Virus record (IMG/VR): IMGVR_UViG_2563366995_000002
Direction: 5' to 3' (one strand)
Length of the DNA stretch: 33,423 nucleotides
DNA from: a virus
Taxonomy: Duplodnaviria > Heunggongvirae > Uroviricota > Caudoviricetes
Positions 9,891 through 19,143 of this stretch are shown here, in pieces. Every line of letters starts with the position of its first letter. Within the stretch, counting starts at the first letter, position 1. The notes below the pieces were generated by a model that saw only the letters and a program-made list of their open reading frames with translations, searched no databases and had not been told where the DNA came from. Made by a program: the position numbers and the translations under genes.

Positions 9891-10790
9891 ATGACAAATA
9901 CAGCAAAAATACTCAACTTCTGCAGAGGTAACTTTGCCAAACAGGAGCGTAATGTGGCAGATCTCGATGATGGTTACGCCAGACTATCAAATATGCTGCT
10001 TGAGGCTTATTCAGGCGCAGATCTGACCAAGCGACAGTTTAAAGTGCTGCTTGCCATTCTGCGTAAAACCTATGGATGGAATAAACCAATGGACAGAATC
10101 ACCGATTCTCAACTTAGCGAGATTACAAAGTTACCCGTCAAACGGTGCAATGAAGCCAAGTTAGAACTCGTCAGAATGAATATTATCAAGCAGCAAGGCG
10201 GCATGTTTGGACCAAATAAAAACATCTCAGAATGGTGTATCCCTCAAAACGAGGGAAAATCCCCTAAAACGAGGGATAAAACATCCCTCAAATTGGGGGA
10301 TTGCTATCCCTCAAAACAGGGGGACACAAAAGACACTATTACAAAAGAAAAAAGAAAAGATTATTCGTCAGAGAATTCTGGCGAATCCTCTGACCAGCCA
10401 GAAAACGACCTTTCTGTGGTGAAACCGGATGCTGCAATTCAGAGCGGCAGCAAGTGGGGGACAGCAGAAGACCTGACCGCCGCAGAATGGATGTTTGACA
10501 TGGTGAAGACCATCGCGCCATCAGCCAGAAAACCGAATTTTGCAGGGTGGGCTAACGATATCCGCCTGATGCGTGAACGTGACGGACGTAACCATCGCGA
10601 CATGTGTGTACTGTTCCGCTGGGCATGCCAGGACAACTTCTGGTCCGGTAACGTGCTGAGCCCGGCCAAACTCCGCGACAAGTGGACCCAGCTCGAAATC
10701 AACCGTAACAAGCAACAGGCAGGTGTGACAGCCTGCAAACCAAAACTCGACCTGACAAACACTGACTGGATTTACGGGGTGGATTTATGA
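9891..10790 (+). CDS. O: replication initiator O
   Basis: 299 aa, near-identical to lambda O from memory; contains ori iterons. Confidence 0.95.
   Translation: MTNTAKILNFCRGNFAKQERNVADLDDGYARLSNMLLEAYSGADLTKRQFKVLLAILRKTYGWNKPMDRITDSQLSEITKLPVKRCNEAKLELVRMNIIKQQGGMFGPNKNISEWCIPQNEGKSPKTRDKTSLKLGDCYPSKQGDTKDTITKEKRKDYSSENSGESSDQPENDLSVVKPDAAIQSGSKWGTAEDLTAAEWMFDMVKTIAPSARKPNFAGWANDIRLMRERDGRNHRDMCVLFRWACQDNFWSGNVLSPAKLRDKWTQLEINRNKQQAGVTACKPKLDLTNTDWIYGVDL
10239..10372 (+). repeat. ori-lambda: four iterons plus AT-rich region inside O
   Basis: Four tandem copies of ATCCCTCAAAACGAGGGA-like 18-19 bp inverted-repeat units (10239..10325) followed by A-rich tract AAAAGAAAAAAGAAAAG. Confidence 0.85.
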
Positions 10791-11488
10791 AAAACATCGC
10801 CGCACAGATGGTTAATTTTGACCGTGAGCAGATGCGTCGGATCGCCAACAACATGCCGGAACAGTACGACGAAAAGCCGCAGGTACAGCAGGTAGCGCAG
10901 ATCATCAACGGTGTGTTCAGCCAGTTACTGGCAACTTTCCCGGCGAGTCTGGCTAACCGTGACCAGAACGAACTGAACGAAATCCGCCGCCAGTGGGTTC
11001 TGGCTTTCCGGGAAAACGGGATCACCACAATGGAACAGGTTAACGCAGGAATGCGCGTAGCCCGTCGGCAGAATCGACCATTTCTGCCATCACCCGGGCA
11101 GTTTGTTGCATGGTGCCGGGAAGAAGCATCCGTTATCGCCGGACTGCCAAACGTCAGCGAGCTGGTTGATATGGTTTACGAGTATTGCCGGAAGCGAGGC
11201 CTGTATCCGGATGCAGAGTCTTATCCGTGGAAATCGAACGCGCACTACTGGCTGGTTACCAACCTGTACCAGAACATGCGGGCCAATGCGCTGACTGACG
11301 CGGAATTACGACGCAAGGCTGCCGATGAACTGACCTGTATGACAGCGCGAATTAACCGTGGTGAGACGATACCTGAACCAGTAAAACAACTTCCTGTCAT
11401 GGGCGGCAGACCTCTAAATCGTGTTCAGGCGCTGGCGAAGATCGCAGAAATTAAAGCTAAGTTAGGACTGAAAGGAGCAAGTGTATGA
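10787..11488 (+). CDS. P: replication protein P (DnaB helicase loader)
   Basis: 233 aa, matches lambda P; start overlaps O stop. Confidence 0.95.
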   Translation: MKNIAAQMVNFDREQMRRIANNMPEQYDEKPQVQQVAQIINGVFSQLLATFPASLANRDQNELNEIRRQWVLAFRENGITTMEQVNAGMRVARRQNRPFLPSPGQFVAWCREEASVIAGLPNVSELVDMVYEYCRKRGLYPDAESYPWKSNAHYWLVTNLYQNMRANALTDAELRRKAADELTCMTARINRGETIPEPVKQLPVMGGRPLNRVQALAKIAEIKAKLGLKGASV

Positions 11489-11775
11489 CGGGCAAAGAGG
11501 CAATTATTCATTACCTGGGGACGCATAATAGCTTCTGTGCGCCGGACGTTGCCGCGCTAACAGGCGCAACAGTAACCAGCATAAATCAGGCCGCGGCTAA
11601 AATGGCACGGGCAGGTCTTCTGGTTATCGAAGGTAAGGTCTGGCGAACGGTGTATTACCGGTTTGCTACCAAGGAAGAACGGGAAGGAAAGATGAGCACG
11701 AACCTGATTTTTAAGGAGTGTCGCCAGAGTGCCACGATGAAACGGATATTGGCGGTATATGGAGTTAAAAGATGA
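11485..11775 (+). CDS. ren: Ren (Rex exclusion escape protein)
   Basis: 96 aa matching lambda Ren; overlaps P stop. Confidence 0.9.
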   Translation: MTGKEAIIHYLGTHNSFCAPDVAALTGATVTSINQAAAKMARAGLLVIEGKVWRTVYYRFATKEEREGKMSTNLIFKECRQSATMKRILAVYGVKR

Positions 11776-11800
11776 CCATCTACATCACTGAGCTAATAAC

Positions 11801-11831
11801 AGGCCTGCAGGTAATCGCAGGCCTTTTTATT
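11801..11831 (+). terminator. rho-independent terminator (tR2 equivalent)
   Basis: AGGCCTGCAGGTAATCGCAGGCCTTTTTATTT between ren and ninB. Confidence 0.7.
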
Positions 11832-11848
11832 TGGGGGAGAGGGAAGTC

Positions 11849-12289
11849 ATGAAAAAACTAACCTTTGAAATTCGATCTCCGGCACATCAGCAAAACGCTA
11901 TTCACGCAGTACAGCAAATCCTTCCAGACCCAACCAAACCAATCGTAGTAACCATTCAGGAACGCAACCGCAGCTTAGACCAAAACAGGAAGCTATGGGC
12001 CTGCTTAGGTGACGTCTCTCGTCAGGTTGAATGGCATGGTCGCTGGCTGGATGCAGAAAGCTGGAAGTGTGTGTTTACCGCAGCATTAAAGCAGCAGGAT
12101 GTTGTTCCTAACCTTGCCGGGAATGGCTTTGTGGTAATAGGCCAGTCAACCAGCAGGATGCGTGTAAGCGAATTTGCGGAGCTATTAGAGCTTATACAGG
12201 CATTCGGTACAGAGCGTGGCGTTAAGTGGTCAGACGAAGCGCGACTGGCTCTCGAATGGAAAGCGCGATGGGGAGATCGGGCTGCATGA
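11849..12289 (+). CDS. ninB: NinB (Orf) recombination mediator
   Basis: MKKLTFEIRSPAHQQNAIHAVQQILPDPTKP... matches lambda NinB. Confidence 0.9.
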   Translation: MKKLTFEIRSPAHQQNAIHAVQQILPDPTKPIVVTIQERNRSLDQNRKLWACLGDVSRQVEWHGRWLDAESWKCVFTAALKQQDVVPNLAGNGFVVIGQSTSRMRVSEFAELLELIQAFGTERGVKWSDEARLALEWKARWGDRAA

Positions 12290-12813
12290 CTATCAAATCA
12301 AATACGCCAGCACACGACAAGGACTGCTGGCAAACGCCGCTTTGGCTTTTTGATGCACTGGATATTGAGTTTGGATTCTGGCTGGATTCGGCAGCGAGCG
12401 ACAAAAATGCTCTGTGCGCTCACTGGCTAACTGAGGACGACGACGCGCTCAATTCTGAGTGGGTAAGCCACGGTGCAATCTGGAATAACCCACCGTACAG
12501 CAATATCAGGCCGTGGGTGGAAAAAGCCGCTGAGCAGTGTATACAACAGCGACAGACGGTAGTGATGCTTGTGCCAGAGGATATGTCTGTCGGATGGTTC
12601 AGCAAGGCTCTGGAGAGTGTTGACGAAGTTCGTATTATCACTGATGGACGGATTAATTTTATCGAACCATCGACAGGGCTGGAGAAGAAGGGAAACAGCA
12701 AAGGCTCCATGCTGCTGATTTGGCGACCGTTCATCAGTCCTCGACGGATGTTTACTACCGTATCCAAAGCGGCATTGATGGCGATCGGGCAGGGCGTCAG
12801 GAGGGCTGCATGA
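12286..12813 (+). CDS. phage DNA N6-adenine methyltransferase
   Basis: 175 aa from internal Met [22 protein letters not shown]; catalytic NPPY motif (IWNNPPYS); ATGA overlap with ninB stop. Confidence 0.8.
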   Translation: MTIKSNTPAHDKDCWQTPLWLFDALDIEFGFWLDSAASDKNALCAHWLTEDDDALNSEWVSHGAIWNNPPYSNIRPWVEKAAEQCIQQRQTVVMLVPEDMSVGWFSKALESVDEVRIITDGRINFIEPSTGLEKKGNSKGSMLLIWRPFISPRRMFTTVSKAALMAIGQGVRRAA

Positions 12814-12986
12814 GACGACAGCGACGAAGCATCACCGACATAATCTGCGAAAACTGCAAATATCTTCCAACGAAACGCTCCAGAAATAAACGCAAGCTAA
12901 TCCCAAAAGAATCTGACGTAAAAACCTTCAATTACACAGCCCACCTGTGGGATATCCGGTGGCTAAGATATCGTGCGAGGAAATGA
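12810..12986 (+). CDS. ninE: NinE
   Basis: [29 protein letters not shown]... matches lambda/DLP12 NinE; ATGA overlap with the methyltransferase stop. Confidence 0.8.
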   Translation: MRRQRRSITDIICENCKYLPTKRSRNKRKLIPKESDVKTFNYTAHLWDIRWLRYRARK

Positions 12987-13330
12987 CAATGGATTATTCA
13001 CAGTTAAGTGATTTTGAAATTAACAGAATGGTAGGAGACATAATTTTTAAAGGCCTTTGGGCAAGTAAACCGGAAACATCAGGGAATAACACCAACAAAT
13101 GGTATTACGGAAATGCTGATACAACTTTTGAGCCATTAAATCATTTGCCTGACTACTGCAATGATCCGAGCGCTTCATGGCCGATTATTGAGAAATACAG
13201 GATTTCTATCTTAGACCAGTTAACTGAATGGTGTGTGGATGCAAAAGGCGTAAGCCCAATATTTGATACCAGACCTCTCCGCGCCGCCATGATTGTCTTT
13301 CTCCTGATGCAGGAGGCCAATAATGCTTAG
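12983..13330 (+). CDS. hypothetical nin-region protein (115 aa)
   Basis: ORF translationally coupled to ninE (ATGA overlap); no assignable motif. Confidence 0.6.
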   Translation: MTMDYSQLSDFEINRMVGDIIFKGLWASKPETSGNNTNKWYYGNADTTFEPLNHLPDYCNDPSASWPIIEKYRISILDQLTEWCVDAKGVSPIFDTRPLRAAMIVFLLMQEANNA

Positions 13331-13540
13331 CCCATCTCAATCCCTTCAATACCTGAAAGAAAGCATAGAGCGGGCTTCAATGTGCACAGAGTGGATTCTA
13401 TCTAGGTTTAGCGCATACAGAAGATTGCCGGTAAAGGGCATGCCAAGCAAGTCGATGCTGCATATGCAAAAGAATGCGCGCTGGAAGGTATGGCGAGAAC
13501 ACAGGTTATGTGGCTGAAAGAGGGGGTTATTAAGGCGTGA
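13323..13540 (+). pseudogene. remnant: NinF-like N-terminus (frame of 13323) joined to YbcO-like C-terminus in another frame
   Basis: Frame starting 13323 encodes [18 protein letters not shown] (NinF-like) then diverges; a different frame ending at 13540 encodes ...[32 protein letters not shown], matching my recollection of the DLP12 YbcO C-terminus, but is interrupted upstream by stops at about 13403 and 13409. Confidence 0.4.
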
Positions 13541-13899
13541 ATACCTACAGCATCACATTACCCTGGCCTCCGAGCAATAATCGCTATTACCGCCATAATC
13601 GCGGGCGCACGCACGTCAGCGCAGAGGGGCAGGCATACCGCGATAACGTCGCCCGAATCATTAAAAACGCAATGCTGGATATCGGCCTGGCTATGCCTGT
13701 GAAAATCCGCATTGAGTGCCACATGCCGGATCGCCGTCGCCGTGACCTGGATAATCTGCAAAAAGCCGCTTTTGACGCACTCACTAAAGCAGGTTTCTGG
13801 CTGGATGATGCTCAGGTCGTTGATTACCGCGTTGTGAAGATGCCTGTTACCAAAGGTGGGAGGCTGGAACTGACCATCACCGAAATGGGGAATGAATGA
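13537..13899 (+). CDS. rusA: RusA Holliday junction resolvase
   Basis: 120 aa, matches E. coli DLP12 RusA; GTG start overlapping upstream stop. Confidence 0.95.
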   Translation: MNTYSITLPWPPSNNRYYRHNRGRTHVSAEGQAYRDNVARIIKNAMLDIGLAMPVKIRIECHMPDRRRRDLDNLQKAAFDALTKAGFWLDDAQVVDYRVVKMPVTKGGRLELTITEMGNE

Positions 13900-14036
13900 T
13901 GTTTGAGTTTAATATGGCAGAACTTCTTCGCCACCGCTGGGGGCGTCTGCGCTTATATCGTTTCCTCGGTTCTGTTTTGACCGATTACCGAATACTGAAG
14001 AATTACGCCAAAACCCTGACAGGAACAGGAGTATGA
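13899..14036 (+). CDS. ylcG: YlcG-like small protein
   Basis: Manual translation [45 protein letters not shown] (45 aa), start overlaps rusA stop; matches DLP12 ylcG from memory. Confidence 0.6.
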   Translation: MFEFNMAELLRHRWGRLRLYRFLGSVLTDYRILKNYAKTLTGTGV

Positions 14037-14121
14037 AGTCAGAGATAACAATCAACTAATACTGTTTTGTTGATTTTTGCTTGTAATTGGCGTTCTGGTC
14101 TGATTTTTGTGGAGTAAGTTG

Positions 14122-14505
14122 ATGCGTGATATTCAGATGGTTCTTGAGCGTTGGGGTGCGTGGGCGGCTAATAATCATGAAGATGTGACCTGGTCGTCCA
14201 TTGCCGCCGGTTTTAAGGGATTAATTCCTTCAAAAGTAAAATCTCGCCCGCAATGTTGTGACGATGACGCGATGATCATTTGCGGGTGCATGGCCCGTCT
14301 GAAAAAGAACAACAGCGATTTACACGATTTATTAGTAGATTATTATGTATGTGGTATGACATTCATGTCACTGGCAAGTAAGCATTGCTGCTCGGATGGT
14401 TATATCGGGAAAAGGTTACAGAAGGCTGAGGGCATAATTGAAGGGATGTTAATGGCATTAGATATCCGGTTAGATATGGATATCGTTGCTAATAATTCTA
14501 ATTGA
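14122..14505 (+). CDS. Q: late antiterminator Q (phage 21 / DLP12 QuuD type)
   Basis: [24 protein letters not shown]... matches DLP12 QuuD; cysteine cluster [12 protein letters not shown]; ATG at 14122 after GGAG SD. Confidence 0.9.
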   Translation: MRDIQMVLERWGAWAANNHEDVTWSSIAAGFKGLIPSKVKSRPQCCDDDAMIICGCMARLKKNNSDLHDLLVDYYVCGMTFMSLASKHCCSDGYIGKRLQKAEGIIEGMLMALDIRLDMDIVANNSN

Positions 14506-14532
14506 TATGCAATTGTTTACTAAAAGTTATTA

Positions 14533-14560
14533 AAAATGGGGCGTGGAAACGCCCCCAAAA
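14533..14560 (-). terminator. putative terminator for the porin transcript (minus strand)
   Basis: Minus strand GGGGCGTTTCCACGCCCC followed by ATTTTTAAT. Confidence 0.45.
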
Positions 14561-14641
14561 TAAAGGGTAATATATAACAGAAGGTTTATATAGTAAGAAG
14601 CAAGGTAGTGCTTCTAAAGGAAGTGGCTTGAGGGCTCCACT

Positions 14642-14684
14642 TATATGTTGCGGAGGCAAAGCCTCCCGCAACATATCTTTTTCG
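14642..14684 (+). terminator. strong rho-independent terminator between Q and the convergent porin gene
   Basis: About 14-bp stem ATATGTTGCGGAGG / CCTCCCGCAACATAT with CAAAG loop, followed by CTTTTTCG. Confidence 0.65.
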
Positions 14685-14693
14685 TAAGTCAGA

Positions 14694-15776
14694 TTAGAAC
14701 TGATAAACCAGACCTACAGCGACGATGTCGTCGGTATCAATACCAGCTGTTTTGGTAAACTTACTATCGTCAATTAAGTTGATTTTGTAATCAACAAAAG
14801 TGGACATGTTTTTATTAAAGTAGTAAGTAGCACCGACATCGACATACTTGACTAAGTCTCGGTCACCATGAACACCAAGGTCTTTACCTTTTGACTGAAG
14901 GTAAGCAACAGATGGACGCAGACCGAAGTCAAACTGATATTGTGCTACTGCTTCAAAGTTTTGTGCTTTGTTTGCAATATGGTTATTACCAAAAACGGTC
15001 ATATTCTGAGTTTCAGAATATGTGGTAGCCAGATAGATATTGTTCGCATCATATTTCAGGCCTGCAGCCCATACTTCCGCATTTTTGCCGGAGGCATTGA
15101 ATTTGCTCTTACCATAGGCGACCTGACCGTCAGTGCGATCTGATTTAGCATAGGTTGCACCCACGCCGAATCCTTCATACTCATAAGTAGTGGAGAAACC
15201 GAAACCATCACCATTGGCTTCAGTTACGTCAGTGCGGTCATTTTTACCCTGATACTGAGCAGCAAAGTTCAGGCCATCGACCAGACCAAAGAAGTCGTTG
15301 TTACGATAAGTTGCAACACCAGTAGTGCGACCAGTCATGAACACATCTGTTTGGGTCCAGGTATCACCACCGAATTCTGGCAGAACGTCAGTCCACGCAC
15401 CGATGTCGTATGCTACACCGTAGTTACGGCCGTAATCGATTGAGCCGTAATCACCAAATTTCAGGCCTGCAAATGCAAGACGGGTTTTGTCTTTGGAAGA
15501 ACCTTGAGATTCAGCACGGTTGCCTTTGAATTCATATTCCCACTGACCGAAACCAGTCAGTTGATCGTTGATTTGGGTTTCACCTTTGAAGCCAAGACGG
15601 GCATAAGTAGTATCACCATCATCTGCATCATTAGAGGAGAAGTAGTGCTTGGCATTAACTTTCCCGTATAGATCCAGCTTGTTACTGTCTTTATTATAAA
15701 TTTCAGCTGCCTGAGCAGACATCGCCATCAGTACTGATGCAGCTACAGCAGAAATTGCCACTGTTAATTTTTTCAT
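14694..15776 (-). CDS. nmpC: OmpC/OmpF-family outer membrane porin (NmpC / Lc-like), intact moron
   Basis: Signal peptide [23 protein letters not shown] then AEIYNKD..., C-terminal VGLVYQF beta-barrel signature; located between Q and the lysis cassette as in DLP12. Start taken at internal Met of ORF 14694..15836. Confidence 0.9.
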   Translation of the reverse strand: MKKLTVAISAVAASVLMAMSAQAAEIYNKDSNKLDLYGKVNAKHYFSSNDADDGDTTYARLGFKGETQINDQLTGFGQWEYEFKGNRAESQGSSKDKTRLAFAGLKFGDYGSIDYGRNYGVAYDIGAWTDVLPEFGGDTWTQTDVFMTGRTTGVATYRNNDFFGLVDGLNFAAQYQGKNDRTDVTEANGDGFGFSTTYEYEGFGVGATYAKSDRTDGQVAYGKSKFNASGKNAEVWAAGLKYDANNIYLATTYSETQNMTVFGNNHIANKAQNFEAVAQYQFDFGLRPSVAYLQSKGKDLGVHGDRDLVKYVDVGATYYFNKNMSTFVDYKINLIDDSKFTKTAGIDTDDIVAVGLVYQF

Positions 15777-16202
15777 TGTACGCCCTTTTTTTGAACTATT
15801 ATTAAAAAATGATGTCACTGCGCGATAAATATTCATCTAATCAATGTGATTATTTCAAGATGTAAGTTTTAGTTTCTCATTTAATTTGTGAAGTAGATCT
15901 CTATTTTTATCTGAACCTTTTCTATCTAATCCTATTCATGGCTCTTGTCTGAACAAAAATAAATCTATTAGCTAATTTATATTAATGGCACTTATTTATA
16001 AGTGCTCTATAATTCTTTAGCTTAATTTAAACAAACTAAAAATAACATTGGAAATTATTAACTGGTTATTTGTTGAAGTTTTCTTATGCATTTGTGGTGG
16101 TGTTTTGAACACTCGGTGGCATTCTCACAAATATCATTTAGTAGTTTACGTACGTAAAAAATTGGTTATGCTGTTAAGAGTGGTTACTTCGTCACACAGC
16201 TT

Positions 16203-16236
16203 AAACCCGCCGTCGAGCGGGTTTTTCCATTTTTTG
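16203..16236 (+). terminator. rho-independent terminator upstream of the lysis cassette (possible tR')
   Basis: AAACCCGCCGTCGAGCGGGTTTTTCCATTTTTT. Confidence 0.6.
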
Positions 16237-16364
16237 AGTCTCGATATTAGCTGATAACCCAATACCTGAGTTATTCACTGACTCCGAATCTGTTACGTTT
16301 CTGCCTTTATTGCGATACGTAGTATCCCCTTAATTTACACCCGCTTTGTCTGCGAGGTGGGGTT

Positions 16365-16580
16365 ATGAAATCCATGGATAAGTTAACAACGGGTGTCGCC
16401 TATGGTACCTCAGCAGGTAGTGCCGGGTACTGGTTTTTACAGTTGCTCGATAAAGTCACGCCCTCACAGTGGGCGGCAATAGGTGTGCTGGGTAGCCTGG
16501 TATTTGGCCTGCTGACGTACCTGACAAACCTTTATTTCAAGATTAAAGAAGATAAGCGCAAGGCTGCGAGAGGTGAATAA
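16365..16580 (+). CDS. S: class II holin / pinholin (phage 21 S type)
   Basis: 71 aa [26 protein letters not shown]..., matches S21 / EssD. Confidence 0.9.
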
Positions 16581-17077
16581 TGCCTCCATCATTACGAAAA
16601 GCCGTTGCTGCTGCTATTGGTGGCGGAGCAATTGCTATAGCATCAGTGTTAATCACTGGCCCAAGTGGTAACGATGGTCTGGAAGGTGTCAGCTACATAC
16701 CATACAAAGATATTGTTGGTGTATGGACTGTATGTCACGGGCATACAGGAAAAGACATCATGCTCGGTAAAACGTATACCAAAGCAGAATGCAAAGCACT
16801 CCTGAATAAAGACCTTGCCACTGTCGCCAGACAAATTAACCCGTACATCACAGTCGATATACCGGAAACAACGCGCGGCGCTCTTTACTCATTCGTTTAC
16901 AACGTGGGTGCTGGTAATTTCAGAACATCGACGCTTCTTCGCAAAATAAACCAGGGCGATATCAAAGGCTCATGTGATCAGCTACGTCGCTGGACATATG
17001 CTGGCGGTAAGCAATGGAAAGGTCTCATGACTCGTCGTGAGATTGAGCGTGAAATCTGTTTGTGGGGTCAGCAATGA
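16580..17077 (+). CDS. R: SAR endolysin (lysozyme, R21 type)
   Basis: 165 aa; N-terminal hydrophobic signal-anchor-release segment [18 protein letters not shown]; T4-lysozyme-like catalytic region; matches RrrD. Confidence 0.9.
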   Translation: MPPSLRKAVAAAIGGGAIAIASVLITGPSGNDGLEGVSYIPYKDIVGVWTVCHGHTGKDIMLGKTYTKAECKALLNKDLATVARQINPYITVDIPETTRGALYSFVYNVGAGNFRTSTLLRKINQGDIKGSCDQLRRWTYAGGKQWKGLMTRREIEREICLWGQQ

Positions 17078-17535
17078 ACAGAGTAACCGCGATTATCTCC
17101 GCTCTGGTTATCTGCATCATCGTCTGCCTGTCATGGGCTGTTAATCATTACCGTAATAACGCCATTACCTACAAAGCCCAGCGCGACAAAAATGCCAGAG
17201 AACTGAAGCTGGCGAACGCGGCAATTACTGACATGCAGATGCGTCAGCGTGATGTTGCTGCGCTCGATGCAAAATACACGAAGGAGTTAGCTGATGCGAA
17301 AGCTGAAAATGATGCTCTGCGTGATGATGTTGCCGCTGGTCGTCGTCGGTTGCACATCAAAGCAGTCTGTCAGTCAGTGCGTGAAGCCACCACCGCCTCC
17401 GGCGTGGATAATGCAGCCTCCCCCCGACTGGCAGACACCGCTGAACGGGATTATTTCACCCTCAGAGAGAGGCTGATCACTATGCAAAAACAACTGGAAG
17501 GAACCCAGAAGTATATTAATGAGCAGTGCAGATAG
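17074..17535 (+). CDS. Rz: Rz i-spanin
   Basis: [27 protein letters not shown]..., matches lambda Rz. Confidence 0.9.
   Translation: MNRVTAIISALVICIIVCLSWAVNHYRNNAITYKAQRDKNARELKLANAAITDMQMRQRDVAALDAKYTKELADAKAENDALRDDVAAGRRRLHIKAVCQSVREATTASGVDNAASPRLADTAERDYFTLRERLITMQKQLEGTQKYINEQCR
17294..17476 (+). CDS. Rz1: Rz1 o-spanin lipoprotein embedded in Rz (+1 frame)
   Basis: Lipobox LVVVGC and proline-rich [16 protein letters not shown]; entirely inside Rz. Confidence 0.8.
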   Translation: MRKLKMMLCVMMLPLVVVGCTSKQSVSQCVKPPPPPAWIMQPPPDWQTPLNGIISPSERG

Positions 17536-17566
17536 AGCTGCCCATATCGATGGGCAACTCATGCAA

Positions 17567-17860
17567 TTATTGTGAGCAATACACACGCGCTTCCAGCGGA
17601 GTATAAATGCCTAAAGTAATAAAACCGAGCAATCCATTTACGAATGTTTGCTGGGTTTCTGTTTTAACAACATTTTCTGCACCACCACAAATTTTTGCTG
17701 CATCGACAGTTTTCTTCTGCCCAATTCCCGAAACGAAGAAATGATGGGTGATGGTTTCCTTTGGTGTTACTGCTGTAGGTTTGTTTCCAACAGTAAACGT
17801 CTGTTGAGCACATCCTGTAATAAGCATTGCCAGAGCGGCAGAAAACAACATTTTTTTCAT
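17567..17860 (-). CDS. bor: Bor lipoprotein (serum resistance)
   Basis: MKKMLFSAALAMLITGCAQQTFTV..., matches lambda Bor; start at internal Met of ORF 17567..17908. Confidence 0.9.
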   Translation of the reverse strand: MKKMLFSAALAMLITGCAQQTFTVGNKPTAVTPKETITHHFFVSGIGQKKTVDAAKICGGAENVVKTETQQTFVNGLLGFITLGIYTPLEARVYCSQ

Positions 17861-18340
17861 CTTATTATCCTGCATTGTTAAAAACGGCAGAATCCTATGT
17901 GACAACAATTAAACGATAGTTAAATGGATTGATGAAAATTAAAACTACACAGGTGGGCTCAGACTATTGGAGGAAGTTGGGGACACTCAGAATCCTGTGG
18001 AATGAAATAAACCGGTCTATCCGTCCATTACCCTTTTAGCTGCGCTGTATCGTCGCCGTATTCCCGCATTAACCATGACCGTAGCCCGACGGGGAATTCC
18101 TTCTGCGTGAGTGTGCGGGAATAATTAAAAACGATGCACACCGGGTTTTTACCGCGTTAATGATTCGCGGGTTTATCCCGGTGCGATGGTGGAAGAAACA
18201 GGAAGCTGTATTACAGAAAGTGCTACTACTGTATCCCGATGCGATGTATGTAATGTGAGTCAGATAATGGCACAGGATGTGGTGATGTGGCAGTCTGGAA
18301 CACAGGATATATTGTCAGAATAAGACCCGTAGGAATAAAA

Positions 18341-18667
18341 ATGAAAAGACGCCTTTTACTACTTTTTCTGTTATCTGTCCTGGCAGTGGGATGCTCGCAG
18401 CAAAAAGCTGATGAGCCCCGGCAATTAGTGACGGTGTATCCACGATATCCGGAATATGCTGCAGCAAATTATATCAAGGGGCTGGTTGAGGTTAAGTTCG
18501 ATATTGGTGCTGATGGGACTGTGACACGGATCGTTTTTCTCCGCTCAGAGCCTCATAATTTGTTTCGTGATGAAGTGGTGAAGGCCATGGCGAAATGGCG
18601 ATTTGAAAAGAATCGCCCCTGTCAAGGAGTGAAGAGACAATTTATCTTTACGCCGTCACGTCCTTGA
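18341..18667 (+). CDS. putative lipoprotein with TonB C-terminal-like domain (moron)
   Basis: Signal + lipobox MKRRLLLLFLLSVLAVGC; segment YPRYPEYAAANYIKGLVEVKFDIGADGTV resembles the TonB_C fold signature. Domain call from pattern only. Confidence 0.6.
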   Translation: MKRRLLLLFLLSVLAVGCSQQKADEPRQLVTVYPRYPEYAAANYIKGLVEVKFDIGADGTVTRIVFLRSEPHNLFRDEVVKAMAKWRFEKNRPCQGVKRQFIFTPSRP

Positions 18668-18789
18668 TGCTTCCAGATAGAGAGGGGCTGGAAGCAGGAG
18701 AAAAATGAAAGAGCCAGCGGTTATATTTTTGTCATGGCTGACGAGGAATGATGGAAGAAGGCGTTGTATGCCACACAACGCCTCACTGT

Positions 18790-19143
18790 TCATTTCTTCT
18801 TTTTCTCTGGTGGAACCCGATGAATAAGAGTTGCACTGGTTTCCGATGAGATGGCGATATACTCGGGCAAAGTATGCTGGCAGTTTTCCAACTGGTCAAA
18901 AATACCTGCTCTCGTCTGTTGCAATGCCTGCAGCATGCGGCGGCAATGTGCCTTGCTTTTACTAACCATCTTTCCTTCCTCTATCAGTCGCTGCGTGAAC
19001 TCATCATGGAATACCAGGTAAATGCGGATGTTATCGGTTTTGGCTACGCAGCATAGTACAAAACGGGCAGGTGCATCCCGGGACGGGGGAGGCGTCACAT
19101 GTCCCTGTGATGGTTGTTCCGGGTAATGTACTGTGTGGGGCAT
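18790..19143 (-). CDS. hypothetical protein, possibly the C-terminal part of a frameshifted gene
   Basis: 117-aa ORF overlapping by about 110 nt, in another frame, the 3' end of the signal-peptide ORF 19031..19282. Confidence 0.35.
   Translation of the reverse strand: MPHTVHYPEQPSQGHVTPPPSRDAPARFVLCCVAKTDNIRIYLVFHDEFTQRLIEEGKMVSKSKAHCRRMLQALQQTRAGIFDQLENCQHTLPEYIAISSETSATLIHRVPPEKKKK

Noticed and set aside
10239-10325. Short tandem repeats that could superficially resemble a CRISPR array
   Set aside because: Only four units with no unique spacers, lying inside the O gene; this is the replication origin.
10207-10762. Several ORFs inside O in other frames or antisense (10207..10422, 10339..10521, 10439..10762, 10521..10715)
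   Set aside because: O is near-identical to lambda O over this span; the shadow ORFs partly arise from the ori repeats.
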